This document shows positions 45,147 to 54,931 of a stretch of DNA of 64,000 nt, piece after piece. Origin of the DNA: Sporopachydermia quercuum (Eukaryota); assembly GCA_001599295.1 (NCBI GenBank), contig BCGN01000002.1, forward strand, positions 124,001 through 188,000. The letters are read 5' to 3'. Position numbers and translations under genes: made by a program. Every line of letters begins with the position of its first letter. Positions within the stretch are counted from its first letter, which is position 1. Under the pieces are notes generated by a model. It saw only the letters and a program-made list of their open reading frames with translations. It ran no database searches and was not told the origin of the DNA.

Positions 45147-47603
45147 TTAATTATAACCCCTCTTCAACCGATTAACTTCTTCCTGCAATGCCCGTAAATC
45201 GGACAAAATGTCTACCGAGTTTACAGGTTTATCCGAATTTAGGTTACCTAACTCCGAATTAATCACCGGACTTCCTCTTTCAGCTTTCAGAGCATCAATG
45301 TCGGCCTTTAAACTTTGTAAATCAACCATAACCTCTGAGTTGGACAACTGTGTCGGAAGCGGCGGCGGAGGTGGGGGCTGGGCCAATGGGACTGCGGAGC
45401 CGACTCCAACAGATTGTGCACGTTCAGTGCGAATATTTGGCACGGGTGAATTTATCGATCTCGGAACAGGAGGAAGGGGCGGAACAGGTGGAACGGTTCT
45501 CGGAATAAATGGTGCATCCATGCTGGAAACTGTCATTCTTCTCGGGGGTGGGGGCGGGGGGAATCTTACTGGTTCCACATTTGTTTCTTGTACATGTTCA
45601 TCGCCTCGGTAAGCATCTGAAACGGATTTCGAGCGGTTAGATCTTCGCGATTTTGGTGGTGCTGGGGGGGGAGGCGGAGACTTTGNAGCTCGGGACGGAA
45701 CCGGAGGCGGAACCGGAGGCTGAGGTATCATTGCATCTGAGTTATTACCAGTATCAGAAATACTTTGTACGACCGGAACTTCTCTCGGAACTAGAACCGG
45801 AGGCGGAACTGGAGCTGGAGTCAAAGTTGGAGTCGGGGTTCGGGAATTACCATAACTGGAACCAGAGATGTTTGTAATTGAGTCGCTTGATCCGTCGTTT
45901 AGGAAGAACTCGGGATTGATGTTTTGTGGTACACCATTCTGTAGCATGCTATCAATATTAACATTTCTGAAATGATTAATCGATGTGTCTAAATCTTTTA
46001 GTTCTTCTTCCACAATTTCATCGGCATCGGCATCGGCAGCGGCATTGGACCTTGGAACGGAATTGAATGGTTCCGTGACAGTGACGGATACTCTCGGAGG
46101 AGATGTCAGAGGATTGTACGTGTATGCTACCCTATTGTTGCCCACTTGGCTATGCAGCAATTGGTTCATTGGCACTTTTGTGATATCCGCTTTGACAAAA
46201 TTCGGAGCAATGTTAGATTGATCCGCGTTTTCTCCAGTTTCTATTTCCGCTACCGCTTCCGTTTCGTTAATGAAATCTGTGGTTCCATCATCAAAAGAAC
46301 ATTCCTCGGCAAATCTCACACTACGCTTCCGGGAACTTCTATCTTCTTCCGGAACAGCGTCCTCTTCCGATTCCGTATTCGAGCCTTGTTTGGCCAGTTC
46401 AATTGAACTTACAGACCGCGAAGGTTGCAACGGCTCGAACCGGTTCAACGGATTCAACGGATCGTTCTTTGGTAAATGGCCAGTCAACAGAAAGCTCGTG
46501 AAGCCGTCGATATCTAGTTTTGACTGTGGATCCTCCGAGGTTGACAAGCCTCTGCTCTTCCGACGATTCAGAATCGATTTAGGTTTCGGTATCGGAGCGG
46601 GCTCCAGCAAAAGTTTTTCGTCTATGGGTTTCCCGTTTGAAGCATGAGAAACAAGCCGAAGAAAAGCATAAAAATTAGACGGATCAAGGAAATTTTCGGG
46701 AAATATAGATTTGATTTTTTCCTTGGTTTCCTGTGAAAGTCTAAAGTTTGCTACAAACTCCAACGCATCTTGCAAAGATATCAATTCCGTTTTCTTCCTC
46801 AGAAGTAAGTTTCGGTACCATCGAGAGTAAGTGTGGATTTCTTCTGCGCTCAATTGGTGGACTAATAGAGACGGAATGATCTTGTGGAGATGAGAATGCG
46901 GGAACCGAGAAGGACTTGATCGGCCGGAGATATCCGAAGGTGATGTAGTCTCTGAGGGTCCAGATTCAAGGTGAAAGGATGGTTTCGGAAGGTTTGAGTC
47001 GGAAAAGAAGCCAGAATGAATACTAGGCTTCAAGATGTTCAGATGATTCGAGCTTAGTCCGTGTTTTCCCGCTTCTGGTGCTACATCATTTCCGTTACTA
47101 TTATCAGTTTTGAACCCAACGATATCTTCTATAGATAGGAACCCTTTCCGTTTTCCTTCATGAATTCCGTCATTGTTTCCAAAACTAGGAAATTTACGGG
47201 ATAATCCGGTTGCGTCCAGCTCAGAACCAGAGCTCGTTTCCGGGCCGGAACTGTTATCGCCATTAATATCGGAGCTCTGTTCTACTGCTAAAAATTGACT
47301 GGGATCGGAAGGCGAGGACGTGGGGTTTCCGAAGGAAATTCTCGGAGGAGGGGGAAGCGATATATTAGATCCGCTATTACCAACACTATTTGTTCCGCTA
47401 TCAAGTCTGCTGTGATTTCCGTTATCTCCCAGTTGCGCCTGATACTGCTGGCTATTCATGCCATTGTCAGAAGAAGACCTTGAAATTTCCTGTCGAACTC
47501 CGAGAAATTGCCCCGAGTTCGGATGAGCCGTTCCATTAGTAATGGGAGCCGCCAACATTGCGGCGAACTCCGCTGCTCCGAGCTTTCCACCGGAACCGCT
47601 CAT
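45147..47603 (-). CDS. SCD5: Scd5-like PP1-targeting endocytosis/cortical actin protein
   Basis: ATG at 47603. LSAEEIHTYSRWY, FYAFLRLVSHA, LDIDGFTSFLLTG, an RVxF-type PP1 docking motif RKRSVRF, and a Pro-rich C-terminus. Confidence 0.75.
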   Translation of the reverse strand: MSGSGGKLGAAEFAAMLAAPITNGTAHPNSGQFLGVRQEISRSSSDNGMNSQQYQAQLGDNGNHSRLDSGTNSVGNSGSNISLPPPPRISFGNPTSSPSDPSQFLAVEQSSDINGDNSSGPETSSGSELDATGLSRKFPSFGNNDGIHEGKRKGFLSIEDIVGFKTDNSNGNDVAPEAGKHGLSSNHLNILKPSIHSGFFSDSNLPKPSFHLESGPSETTSPSDISGRSSPSRFPHSHLHKIIPSLLVHQLSAEEIHTYSRWYRNLLLRKKTELISLQDALEFVANFRLSQETKEKIKSIFPENFLDPSNFYAFLRLVSHASNGKPIDEKLLLEPAPIPKPKSILNRRKSRGLSTSEDPQSKLDIDGFTSFLLTGHLPKNDPLNPLNRFEPLQPSRSVSSIELAKQGSNTESEEDAVPEEDRSSRKRSVRFAEECSFDDGTTDFINETEAVAEIETGENADQSNIAPNFVKADITKVPMNQLLHSQVGNNRVAYTYNPLTSPPRVSVTVTEPFNSVPRSNAAADADADEIVEEELKDLDTSINHFRNVNIDSMLQNGVPQNINPEFFLNDGSSDSITNISGSSYGNSRTPTPTLTPAPVPPPVLVPREVPVVQSISDTGNNSDAMIPQPPVPPPVPSRAXKSPPPPPAPPKSRRSNRSKSVSDAYRGDEHVQETNVEPVRFPPPPPPRRMTVSSMDAPFIPRTVPPVPPLPPVPRSINSPVPNIRTERAQSVGVGSAVPLAQPPPPPPLPTQLSNSEVMVDLQSLKADIDALKAERGSPVINSELGNLNSDKPVNSVDILSDLRALQEEVNRLKRGYN

Positions 47604-48674
47604 GATGCCTTTAGTATGAAAGAAATTAGGTTTTTCTGAAATCTCGGATTCTGATGTGATATGGGTATAGTAGCACTTAAGCCAAGTAAATGCGAATGCA
47701 GAACATACAGGAAGCACAAATGTCCGGAGCGGAAGAACTCGGGATTCAACGGAATCTTAATCAGTGTGTTGTTGTGTTTGCAATTGTTGAATTGTATTCC
47801 TATGATAAGAAGAACAAGAAAGTAACAATCGGATCAAGTCGAATTATCCCACTTCAGATCAATTCAGAGTCTAATTCCACGTTTCTCGGAATAGCACAAA
47901 ACTCCGGTTTTCCCGTTAAGCCATACAGCTTGTCTCTAGGCCTCAGGTCCGATTCTCACGTGAACTGCTCTTCTATCTACAAATAGAAACACTTAAACAG
48001 CTCCGACACCACAAACAGCACATCAAATCAAATGCTCAAAATGAGTCTGTAACGTCTAGAGTATTTCGATTTTTGATTTGTGTAGATAATGGAAGCTTTT
48101 GAAGGATCTGATAGGAAAAAAGGCAGTGAGAATGGATATATTTAGTGTCTTCATTAATTATATGAATATGTATATAATGTTAGAAGTGTTTGTGGTAATA
48201 ATGGTAAGAATAAAGTATGTACAAAAGCCTAAAGAAGTAATTTTTGATATGTTACCCGGATTGAAAAGAAGGGGGAATTACAGAAGATGGTATTAAAATA
48301 ATGAGAGGGAAGATAAAACTGGGACAACAATAATAAGTCAGGAAATTTATCTAGTAATACTATTATGGAGGGGGTAATTAAGTATTATCCAGTAATGATT
48401 TAATAATAAACATTTCTGTTTTGCCCAAATAATTCAATGTAATTGAAAGGTGCTCTCTTCTTTCACTATAAAGTAAGAAGCAGTTCAGGAGACCAGAAGA
48501 CAACTTTTGCAGTACATCCCATCTCGTCTCGTTTGCAGTCAGTACCACTTTACGCAGGAAAGGAAAATTACATATACAGATAAGAACAGTTCCGCTTTCT
48601 AGCTGGAAGGCGGCTCGGAAAATGGTGCGCCTACGGATAGTATCAGCCTATTTGGATATATTACACAACACAAA

Positions 48675-49757
48675 ATGAAACCTTCAGGGTTTAGATTGAA
48701 CCTAAAGTCAAGTAAGAAAACGAAGAAGGCAGAGAGTAAACCCAAAACCAATGTTTTCGGTATAGACGTGGCTTNCGAAGCATTTCCGGAAGCTCTCGGA
48801 ACAGAAGCATTACATAAAACTGGCTCTGTGATCTCTGAGAACACAAATGCAAAGTTTTTAACCCTGAAATCAATTCGGACTTCTAATTCGGAGTCTCGAA
48901 ACCATTCTGCTGATTTGGAACATTTATCAGTCTTTGCTTATGACGAAAGTTATGACGCCATGAAAGCGGGTCAAATCCTCAAAGAGCAGAAAAAGATCGA
49001 GCAGGAAAAAGCAGGATCGAAGTATCTTGATAAGTTGTTGGAATCCCGAGCGCAGAGAAAGAAAGATCTGGAGCGAGCTCGGGATCGAAGGATTCAGAAG
49101 GAGAATGCTGGTAGTGATGCTCAGCTCAATGATACAGAAGTTTTTGTAACTTCGGCATATTACAAACAGTTAGAAGAGCAGGAGTTAGAAGAGGCGGAAG
49201 AACAGAAAAGGATTTCAGAGCTTTCAGAACGGAAAAAATTGACCGGATTAGGTAAGATATATGAACAGATACTGGAAAGCGAAGAAGATAATGGGAATAG
49301 TGATAATCCAATTACCGAGAGAGAAGCAGCTGATTACCTAAAGGAGAAAAAGGTTCGGGAAGAGGAGTTACTCAATCGGGCAACTGAAATTAATAAAGCC
49401 GAAGGTTACAATAAGGTTGAACTCAATGATGACGGCGAAATAGTAGATGAGGGACAGGTGTTATCGGTGGGGTTAAATGTATTTGCCAAACCGAAAGGTG
49501 CGGTAATTTCAAATTCAGACGAGGAGGTAGCGGATAAAATATCGGATAGTAAAGCGGGAACGATTTTGAATCAGCCGGACGATCGGATATCGGAAACGGA
49601 ACAATTTTTGCGAAGCTTACAGCAACCGAAAGAAGAACATAGAAATACCACTGTGTTTGGAACAAAAACTGAAAATAAAGCACAAGACCGCAAAAGGATA
49701 TTAATCGCAGCTCGGGAGAAATATTGGAAGCGGAAAAAAACAGAACGATTACAATGA
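48675..49757 (+). CDS. NSRP1/CCDC55-like (DUF2040) coiled-coil splicing regulator
   Basis: SVFAYDESYDAMK, SKYLDKLL...RKKDLERA, IQKE and EVFVTSAY motifs. Confidence 0.8.
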   Translation: MKPSGFRLNLKSSKKTKKAESKPKTNVFGIDVAXEAFPEALGTEALHKTGSVISENTNAKFLTLKSIRTSNSESRNHSADLEHLSVFAYDESYDAMKAGQILKEQKKIEQEKAGSKYLDKLLESRAQRKKDLERARDRRIQKENAGSDAQLNDTEVFVTSAYYKQLEEQELEEAEEQKRISELSERKKLTGLGKIYEQILESEEDNGNSDNPITEREAADYLKEKKVREEELLNRATEINKAEGYNKVELNDDGEIVDEGQVLSVGLNVFAKPKGAVISNSDEEVADKISDSKAGTILNQPDDRISETEQFLRSLQQPKEEHRNTTVFGTKTENKAQDRKRILIAAREKYWKRKKTERLQ

Positions 49758-49913
49758 ATTACATAATAGGGTGTTGTTTTGGGTATGGTATATTATAATA
49801 CATATATTAATATTAGCATTGATTAGGCTTCATAAATTAATTAGGATGGTTCACCATGATTCATTAAACCTTGGTTTCTGGGTTCCGACAAATCCAGGAA
49901 AGTAGAACCAATT

Positions 49914-52900
49914 CTATCTGTAAATATTTAACAATTCTTCTTTCGTAAAGTCTTCAGCTACTTGAAGCGGGTCTTCGGCGAACCCTGAATTGTTCCTGAA
50001 CTCTATTCCATTCATAGGTACTCCCATGTCCAATTCCGATATATTTTCCGTAAATTTCTTATCATTTCCGCTACCCTGCAGCTTCTTATTATTGTAAGTC
50101 TTGCTTCTATGTTTATTTGTTTCTATAATCATATCTGTCTGTGGTATTCCGCTATCTGGTTCAAAACTCTCCATATTACTTCGGCAAATCCGTCCGTACT
50201 CAACTGGCTTTCCCTGCGTCAAATTTCGGTGCATTTGTCCGTACCAGGTCTCAATTTCCTGTATGCGATCTCCGGTTTGTTCCGTTTGAGCTTTCACAAA
50301 AGCCTCAAGATATAATTTCTCCTCATCCGACGAAAGCGGCTCCACAAACTTCTTACGAAGTTTGTACGGATACTCCATGAGCTTATCGTCAAACCCCATT
50401 TCTACGATTTTATCATCTAGCAACGGATCCGATTCCCGTTCCGCTTCGGCTTTCCATCTGGATTGTGTGTCGCTTTCCCTTTCTTCTCCCGGTTTTTTCC
50501 GAGATAGCAAATCTTGTATTGTCAAGGAAACCCCTGGTGGGATAGGATCAGGATTCGAAGGAGTAATACAATCCAAATACACTTCCTTCCGCAAAACTCT
50601 ATCTATGTCAATTGCTGAAAAAAAAGCACAACTTTGTGGAATATCATTAATCCCAACTTGTTCACAAAACAACGCTCGGGTCCACAGATTCGCAATTTGT
50701 AACGCCATGCTGGTTCTGTACTTATCCGCTTCCGAGCTGAAAAACCGAGCTTCGTCATGGACTGTTATGCACAGCCTAGTGTTTATGTGATACTTTTTGA
50801 TTAGGTAATCCATAGCTACTAGTAGTAAATGCAAATAATCTACGCCGGAAGATTGGATTGCCCAATTTACCCGGGAAGTTCCAAATTTGTTCCGATTAAG
50901 GTTTCGGGTTTGTAACGCTTCAGTTATCCCCGCGCCTAAGGCTGGAGTTTGTGGCTTTGGTGAAGCAGCTACCGCTTCTAATTTATTGAAAAGAATTGAT
51001 TCGGAACCGCCATGATAAAAATCGGGTTGTTTCCAGAACAAATCGGAATGAAATTTCTTGCCCTTTGTGGAAGAATAAAGCTTCGAAGCGGTGGAACTAA
51101 CCTCGGAATCAGATAGATTCGGATTGAACTGTTTTAGTAGCTGTCTGGCAAATCTCAGTCCTGCTCCGTATATGCGGCCATAGTTGAATATCTTGGCTTC
51201 ATTCCGAGAAATTCCCAGAAGCTCGGCTGTTTTAGAATGTAAATCAGTCTTCTCGGCTTTAGTTCCTTCTAGAGTCATCCATCCGATCGGAGATCCGCCA
51301 TGGATTCCGAATACCGAATCCCCGATAAGAGATGCTATCCATAATTCTTCCGAGTCGACGTCGGCTCCCACAAAGCAATATCCGGGCGGAGCTCGGATCA
51401 TGGCTTTTAGTTCCGATCCAATCCTATTCTTTTTGGAGTTTGAAGCGGTTAGCCATGTATTTTCGACTGCTCTTCGGGTAACTGTCCCCATGGGGATAAT
51501 ATTTGGGAGAATAATTCCGATCTTTTTCGGTTTATTTGCCAAATCAGTGCTTGAACTTTGCAACTTACTCTCATTGTCAACCTTGAACTTATTCTCTTCC
51601 TGAACTTCCACCACAAACTGACTCATAATCCTCTCCCGGGCCGAAACCCAATAAGAACACATAGTATTCATATCTAAAGCTTCCCTAGCTAACGGATACT
51701 CGGATGTGATTACATTCTTATCGAAATAAGGTTGGTATCCTTTAGCCATAACCGAGGTACACCTAGCGTTAATGCCGTCTTTGTGGGGAACTTTAACTAG
51801 GATAGAATTTTCGGGATTAAGTTCGGAATCGTAAGAGTTCGGAATTGGTTGATAAACATTAAACAGCTTTTCAGATAAGACCGGATCAAGATCAACGGGC
51901 AGAATTTTATAGTTTCGTGATTGATAATAAGGTTCATCTCGGATATGAATGACGAAACACCATCCGAATTCATCCGACCATAATAAAGGACGGGTGTTCC
52001 ATTGTAATTTTAATAACACCGGGGCAAGCCGAGATCTAACCGTGAGATTTAGATCCGAAAGTTGGGTTCTAGCCCCGGAAGAGAATAAACTTCGGTACCA
52101 ATTTGGGAATCCGGGAAGCTTTTGCCGAGCCACAGGAATAAGGTTTCCGTTCTTATCGGGGTTTTTCCGATATTTCACCGGGATGGTCGTCCAATCGAGT
52201 TGCATAAGCCATGGGTCGGAACGCCAGTTAAATTTCATTCCGGGATTTGGGCCATTTGAGCCATTTGTGGCAATTGAGTTATCATTACCTCCTTCTCCTT
52301 CTTTTGTTTCAATTCTCTCTTTGTCATTTCCGATTCCTTGGTCTCGCTTCCGCTTTTGCTTCTGCTTTTGATTGTCTGTTTCCCGGGTATCTTCTCCATT
52401 TTTCACAGGCTCTTCCGGTTTTTCCCGAAACTCAACCGCTTCAATCGCTAACGCTNTCAACCGATCAATAACTTCTTTCCGATGTTTTCCGTATAACTCT
52501 TCGGCAGACTTCACATATTTGTTCCATTTTTCATCTGTAGGAAGAAAACTCGAAGAGATATGCCGAAGCCCCGCAAAACTTACTGGATGCGGACATACTT
52601 GGAGAAACTTCGGAAGAACCTCCTTGAACACCAAATGGGTTAAATAAGTGTCATTAGCGCAATATGATACTAACTTATGGAATTCCTCGGGGAAGATCGC
52701 TCCGATATCTTCCTTTTCAAACTCTGATCGGAGAGATTTATCAGCATCTACCCCGCAATGTAATTTGGCCACATCGGCTAAATTATTTAATGCCGATTTC
52801 TCTACCCATGATCCATATTCCGAGCTTGACTCGGAATCATTTAAGTCCGATCCAAAAGTCGGCGAGTCATCTAAATGAGGGTTACCGAGTAATTCGCTTA

Positions 52901-53975
52901 ATCCGTCGGTCTTTGATTCTTTTAGGAAATCTGCTTTACTCTTTTGAGGTTTGGTAGCATCACTAGATTTCCGGACTTTATCCGATTTGGATTTTATCCA
53001 CATTGGCCGTTGACGGGAACACATACCAGAGACGGCAACATGTAAAGACATTGTGTCCAAAAACATAGCCTCTGAAAGTTTGAGGTTATATTCCGATTTC
53101 AGCCGAGCTCGGTCATAAGATACGTTATGTCCGACTAGAAGTCTCGGCTTCTCGAAAGTATCCAGTGGAATTAAGGTTTGCGGTATCTGCGGAGTCTGGG
53201 GGGTATTTTGAAAAATATCAGGTGAAACCCAAACATACCATGCCGCCGGAGAAGCCGCAGTTGCTATAACAGGATAAGGTGAAATCTTATACATAACCTC
53301 AGTATCAAACACTAATAATTCATCGGGAGGGTAGGGCACGGTCTCGGGAGCACACCCGGCTCTATATCGGGTCCATCCGGGTTGATAAATCCAGTCTTCA
53401 GAACTAGGTTTTGGGGGAAGATCTTGCTCGGCTAACGATTTCGCATACTGTAAATAAGGTTCCGCCGAGAATAAGCCAATCCTATGGAAGTGTTCGTCTA
53501 ACGACGATCCGAGGAGTTCCGGAGTCTTGAATGAGATCGGATCCGATATACATGTTTTCTTACCGAGAAGACCATTGTCGGCTAAAGCATTTTTTGAGAT
53601 TTGAATTAGCCGTTGGGAATGATCAGATAACACAGTCGGTGGTTGGGCTGTTGGGAACAGTTGCTTGTGAAGTTGGGAAGAAAGCAGTTGGATTCCGACT
53701 GGATTAATGCGGGGCGGCTCTATTGAATGTCCCGATTTGGATATGTCCGAAAACGCTGAGATTGTTTTGTGGCTGAATTCTCTAATCTGTATTGGGGCCA
53801 AATTAAGTAGTAGGACGTTATAAGTGTATGATGTATGGTAATAGTGATTGAGATAGTTTCTGGTACAAATCAGGTTCCGAGCAGGAATTCTGCCGGAACC
53901 AAAACCTGAACCCCCGCCTAAACACAAGACTATCCGAGCAGCGCTCCAGGAGTCTCCGATAATACGAAAAGCCAT
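49914..53975 (-). CDS. MIP1: Mitochondrial DNA polymerase gamma
   Basis: PRINPVGIQLLS; ExoI FDTE, ExoII GHNVSYDRAR, ExoIII YCAND; PolA VGADVDSEELW, PolB RNEAKIFNYGRIYGAG, PolC VHDE; SRVNWAIQSSGVDYLH. Confidence 0.98.
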   Translation of the reverse strand: MAFRIIGDSWSAARIVLCLGGGSGFGSGRIPARNLICTRNYLNHYYHTSYTYNVLLLNLAPIQIREFSHKTISAFSDISKSGHSIEPPRINPVGIQLLSSQLHKQLFPTAQPPTVLSDHSQRLIQISKNALADNGLLGKKTCISDPISFKTPELLGSSLDEHFHRIGLFSAEPYLQYAKSLAEQDLPPKPSSEDWIYQPGWTRYRAGCAPETVPYPPDELLVFDTEVMYKISPYPVIATAASPAAWYVWVSPDIFQNTPQTPQIPQTLIPLDTFEKPRLLVGHNVSYDRARLKSEYNLKLSEAMFLDTMSLHVAVSGMCSRQRPMWIKSKSDKVRKSSDATKPQKSKADFLKESKTDGLSELLGNPHLDDSPTFGSDLNDSESSSEYGSWVEKSALNNLADVAKLHCGVDADKSLRSEFEKEDIGAIFPEEFHKLVSYCANDTYLTHLVFKEVLPKFLQVCPHPVSFAGLRHISSSFLPTDEKWNKYVKSAEELYGKHRKEVIDRLXALAIEAVEFREKPEEPVKNGEDTRETDNQKQKQKRKRDQGIGNDKERIETKEGEGGNDNSIATNGSNGPNPGMKFNWRSDPWLMQLDWTTIPVKYRKNPDKNGNLIPVARQKLPGFPNWYRSLFSSGARTQLSDLNLTVRSRLAPVLLKLQWNTRPLLWSDEFGWCFVIHIRDEPYYQSRNYKILPVDLDPVLSEKLFNVYQPIPNSYDSELNPENSILVKVPHKDGINARCTSVMAKGYQPYFDKNVITSEYPLAREALDMNTMCSYWVSARERIMSQFVVEVQEENKFKVDNESKLQSSSTDLANKPKKIGIILPNIIPMGTVTRRAVENTWLTASNSKKNRIGSELKAMIRAPPGYCFVGADVDSEELWIASLIGDSVFGIHGGSPIGWMTLEGTKAEKTDLHSKTAELLGISRNEAKIFNYGRIYGAGLRFARQLLKQFNPNLSDSEVSSTASKLYSSTKGKKFHSDLFWKQPDFYHGGSESILFNKLEAVAASPKPQTPALGAGITEALQTRNLNRNKFGTSRVNWAIQSSGVDYLHLLLVAMDYLIKKYHINTRLCITVHDEARFFSSEADKYRTSMALQIANLWTRALFCEQVGINDIPQSCAFFSAIDIDRVLRKEVYLDCITPSNPDPIPPGVSLTIQDLLSRKKPGEERESDTQSRWKAEAERESDPLLDDKIVEMGFDDKLMEYPYKLRKKFVEPLSSDEEKLYLEAFVKAQTEQTGDRIQEIETWYGQMHRNLTQGKPVEYGRICRSNMESFEPDSGIPQTDMIIETNKHRSKTYNNKKLQGSGNDKKFTENISELDMGVPMNGIEFRNNSGFAEDPLQVAEDFTKEELLNIYR

Positions 53976-54931
53976 ACGATTCGCTTGAATCTGCTCTGGA
54001 AATCCCGATCGTATGCACAGGTATTAAAATTTCAGTAGTACTGGAAAGTCATCACAAGTACAAAACTAGTTGGTGAGTCGAACAATTAGTCCAACTTTCG
54101 GGTTTGTGAAGTAATTTCGAAAGCCAGAACATTGCCGAAATAGTTTCCTACATTTTGGTCTGAAGCTATAAGAAGGACTGTGCAATTTTGTTGCCCTTAA
54201 GATTTATCTTCCGCATTTTGTGATTATTTTTCATACAGACTAAGAATTTTATATGATTACGTGATATGTATTGAATTAGTTATTGAAATAAATGATAACA
54301 TAATCAGAAAACATCTCGTTTTGACTTAGCAACTTTACACCTATACACCATCTGCCAACGCACTGTATTTTTGTAACGTCCCCTACCACAGAGAACTGAC
54401 CTAGTATTAAAGTTTGTGCGAAGTTTGAGTTCTGTGCAGCCATCCACTACAGCCACAAACATTTACCAGCAGGAGACACAAAGTTAACTTGCACTTACTG
54501 ACAACCAACAATCTAATCATCACCTTTCAACGAATGCTACATACATTTACTACACAATCTTCCGTTTTTACAACATCACGACATCAATCAAACGATCAAT
54601 TCCACTCAATTTATTATAGTTAATATATTTTAATAAGTTGTTCTTATAGTTATCATAATAAGAAGCGAATTAGCTGAATTTCCATTCAATTGATTGTTTC
54701 CTATTCATATTCATAGTATCAACAAAAGAAGTACCTAATTTTATAGGAAGCCATTGACTGATTAGTTAATTAATTGCTCACTCACTTTCTAGTACTACAC
54801 GATACTATATAAACCAATTGTGATCTCCAACTGGAATTTAAACAGTTTGATTGATTTTCACAGGCATCTTTCTCCTTTCTTGCTATTCAATTGCTTTGAA
54901 TTCAACTCAGAAAACACAACTCATAATAACA

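Noticed and set aside
45208..52957. Many 60-140 aa antisense ORFs over SCD5, the NSRP1-like gene and MIP1
   Set aside because: Shadow ORFs of real genes on the opposite strand, with no protein motifs.
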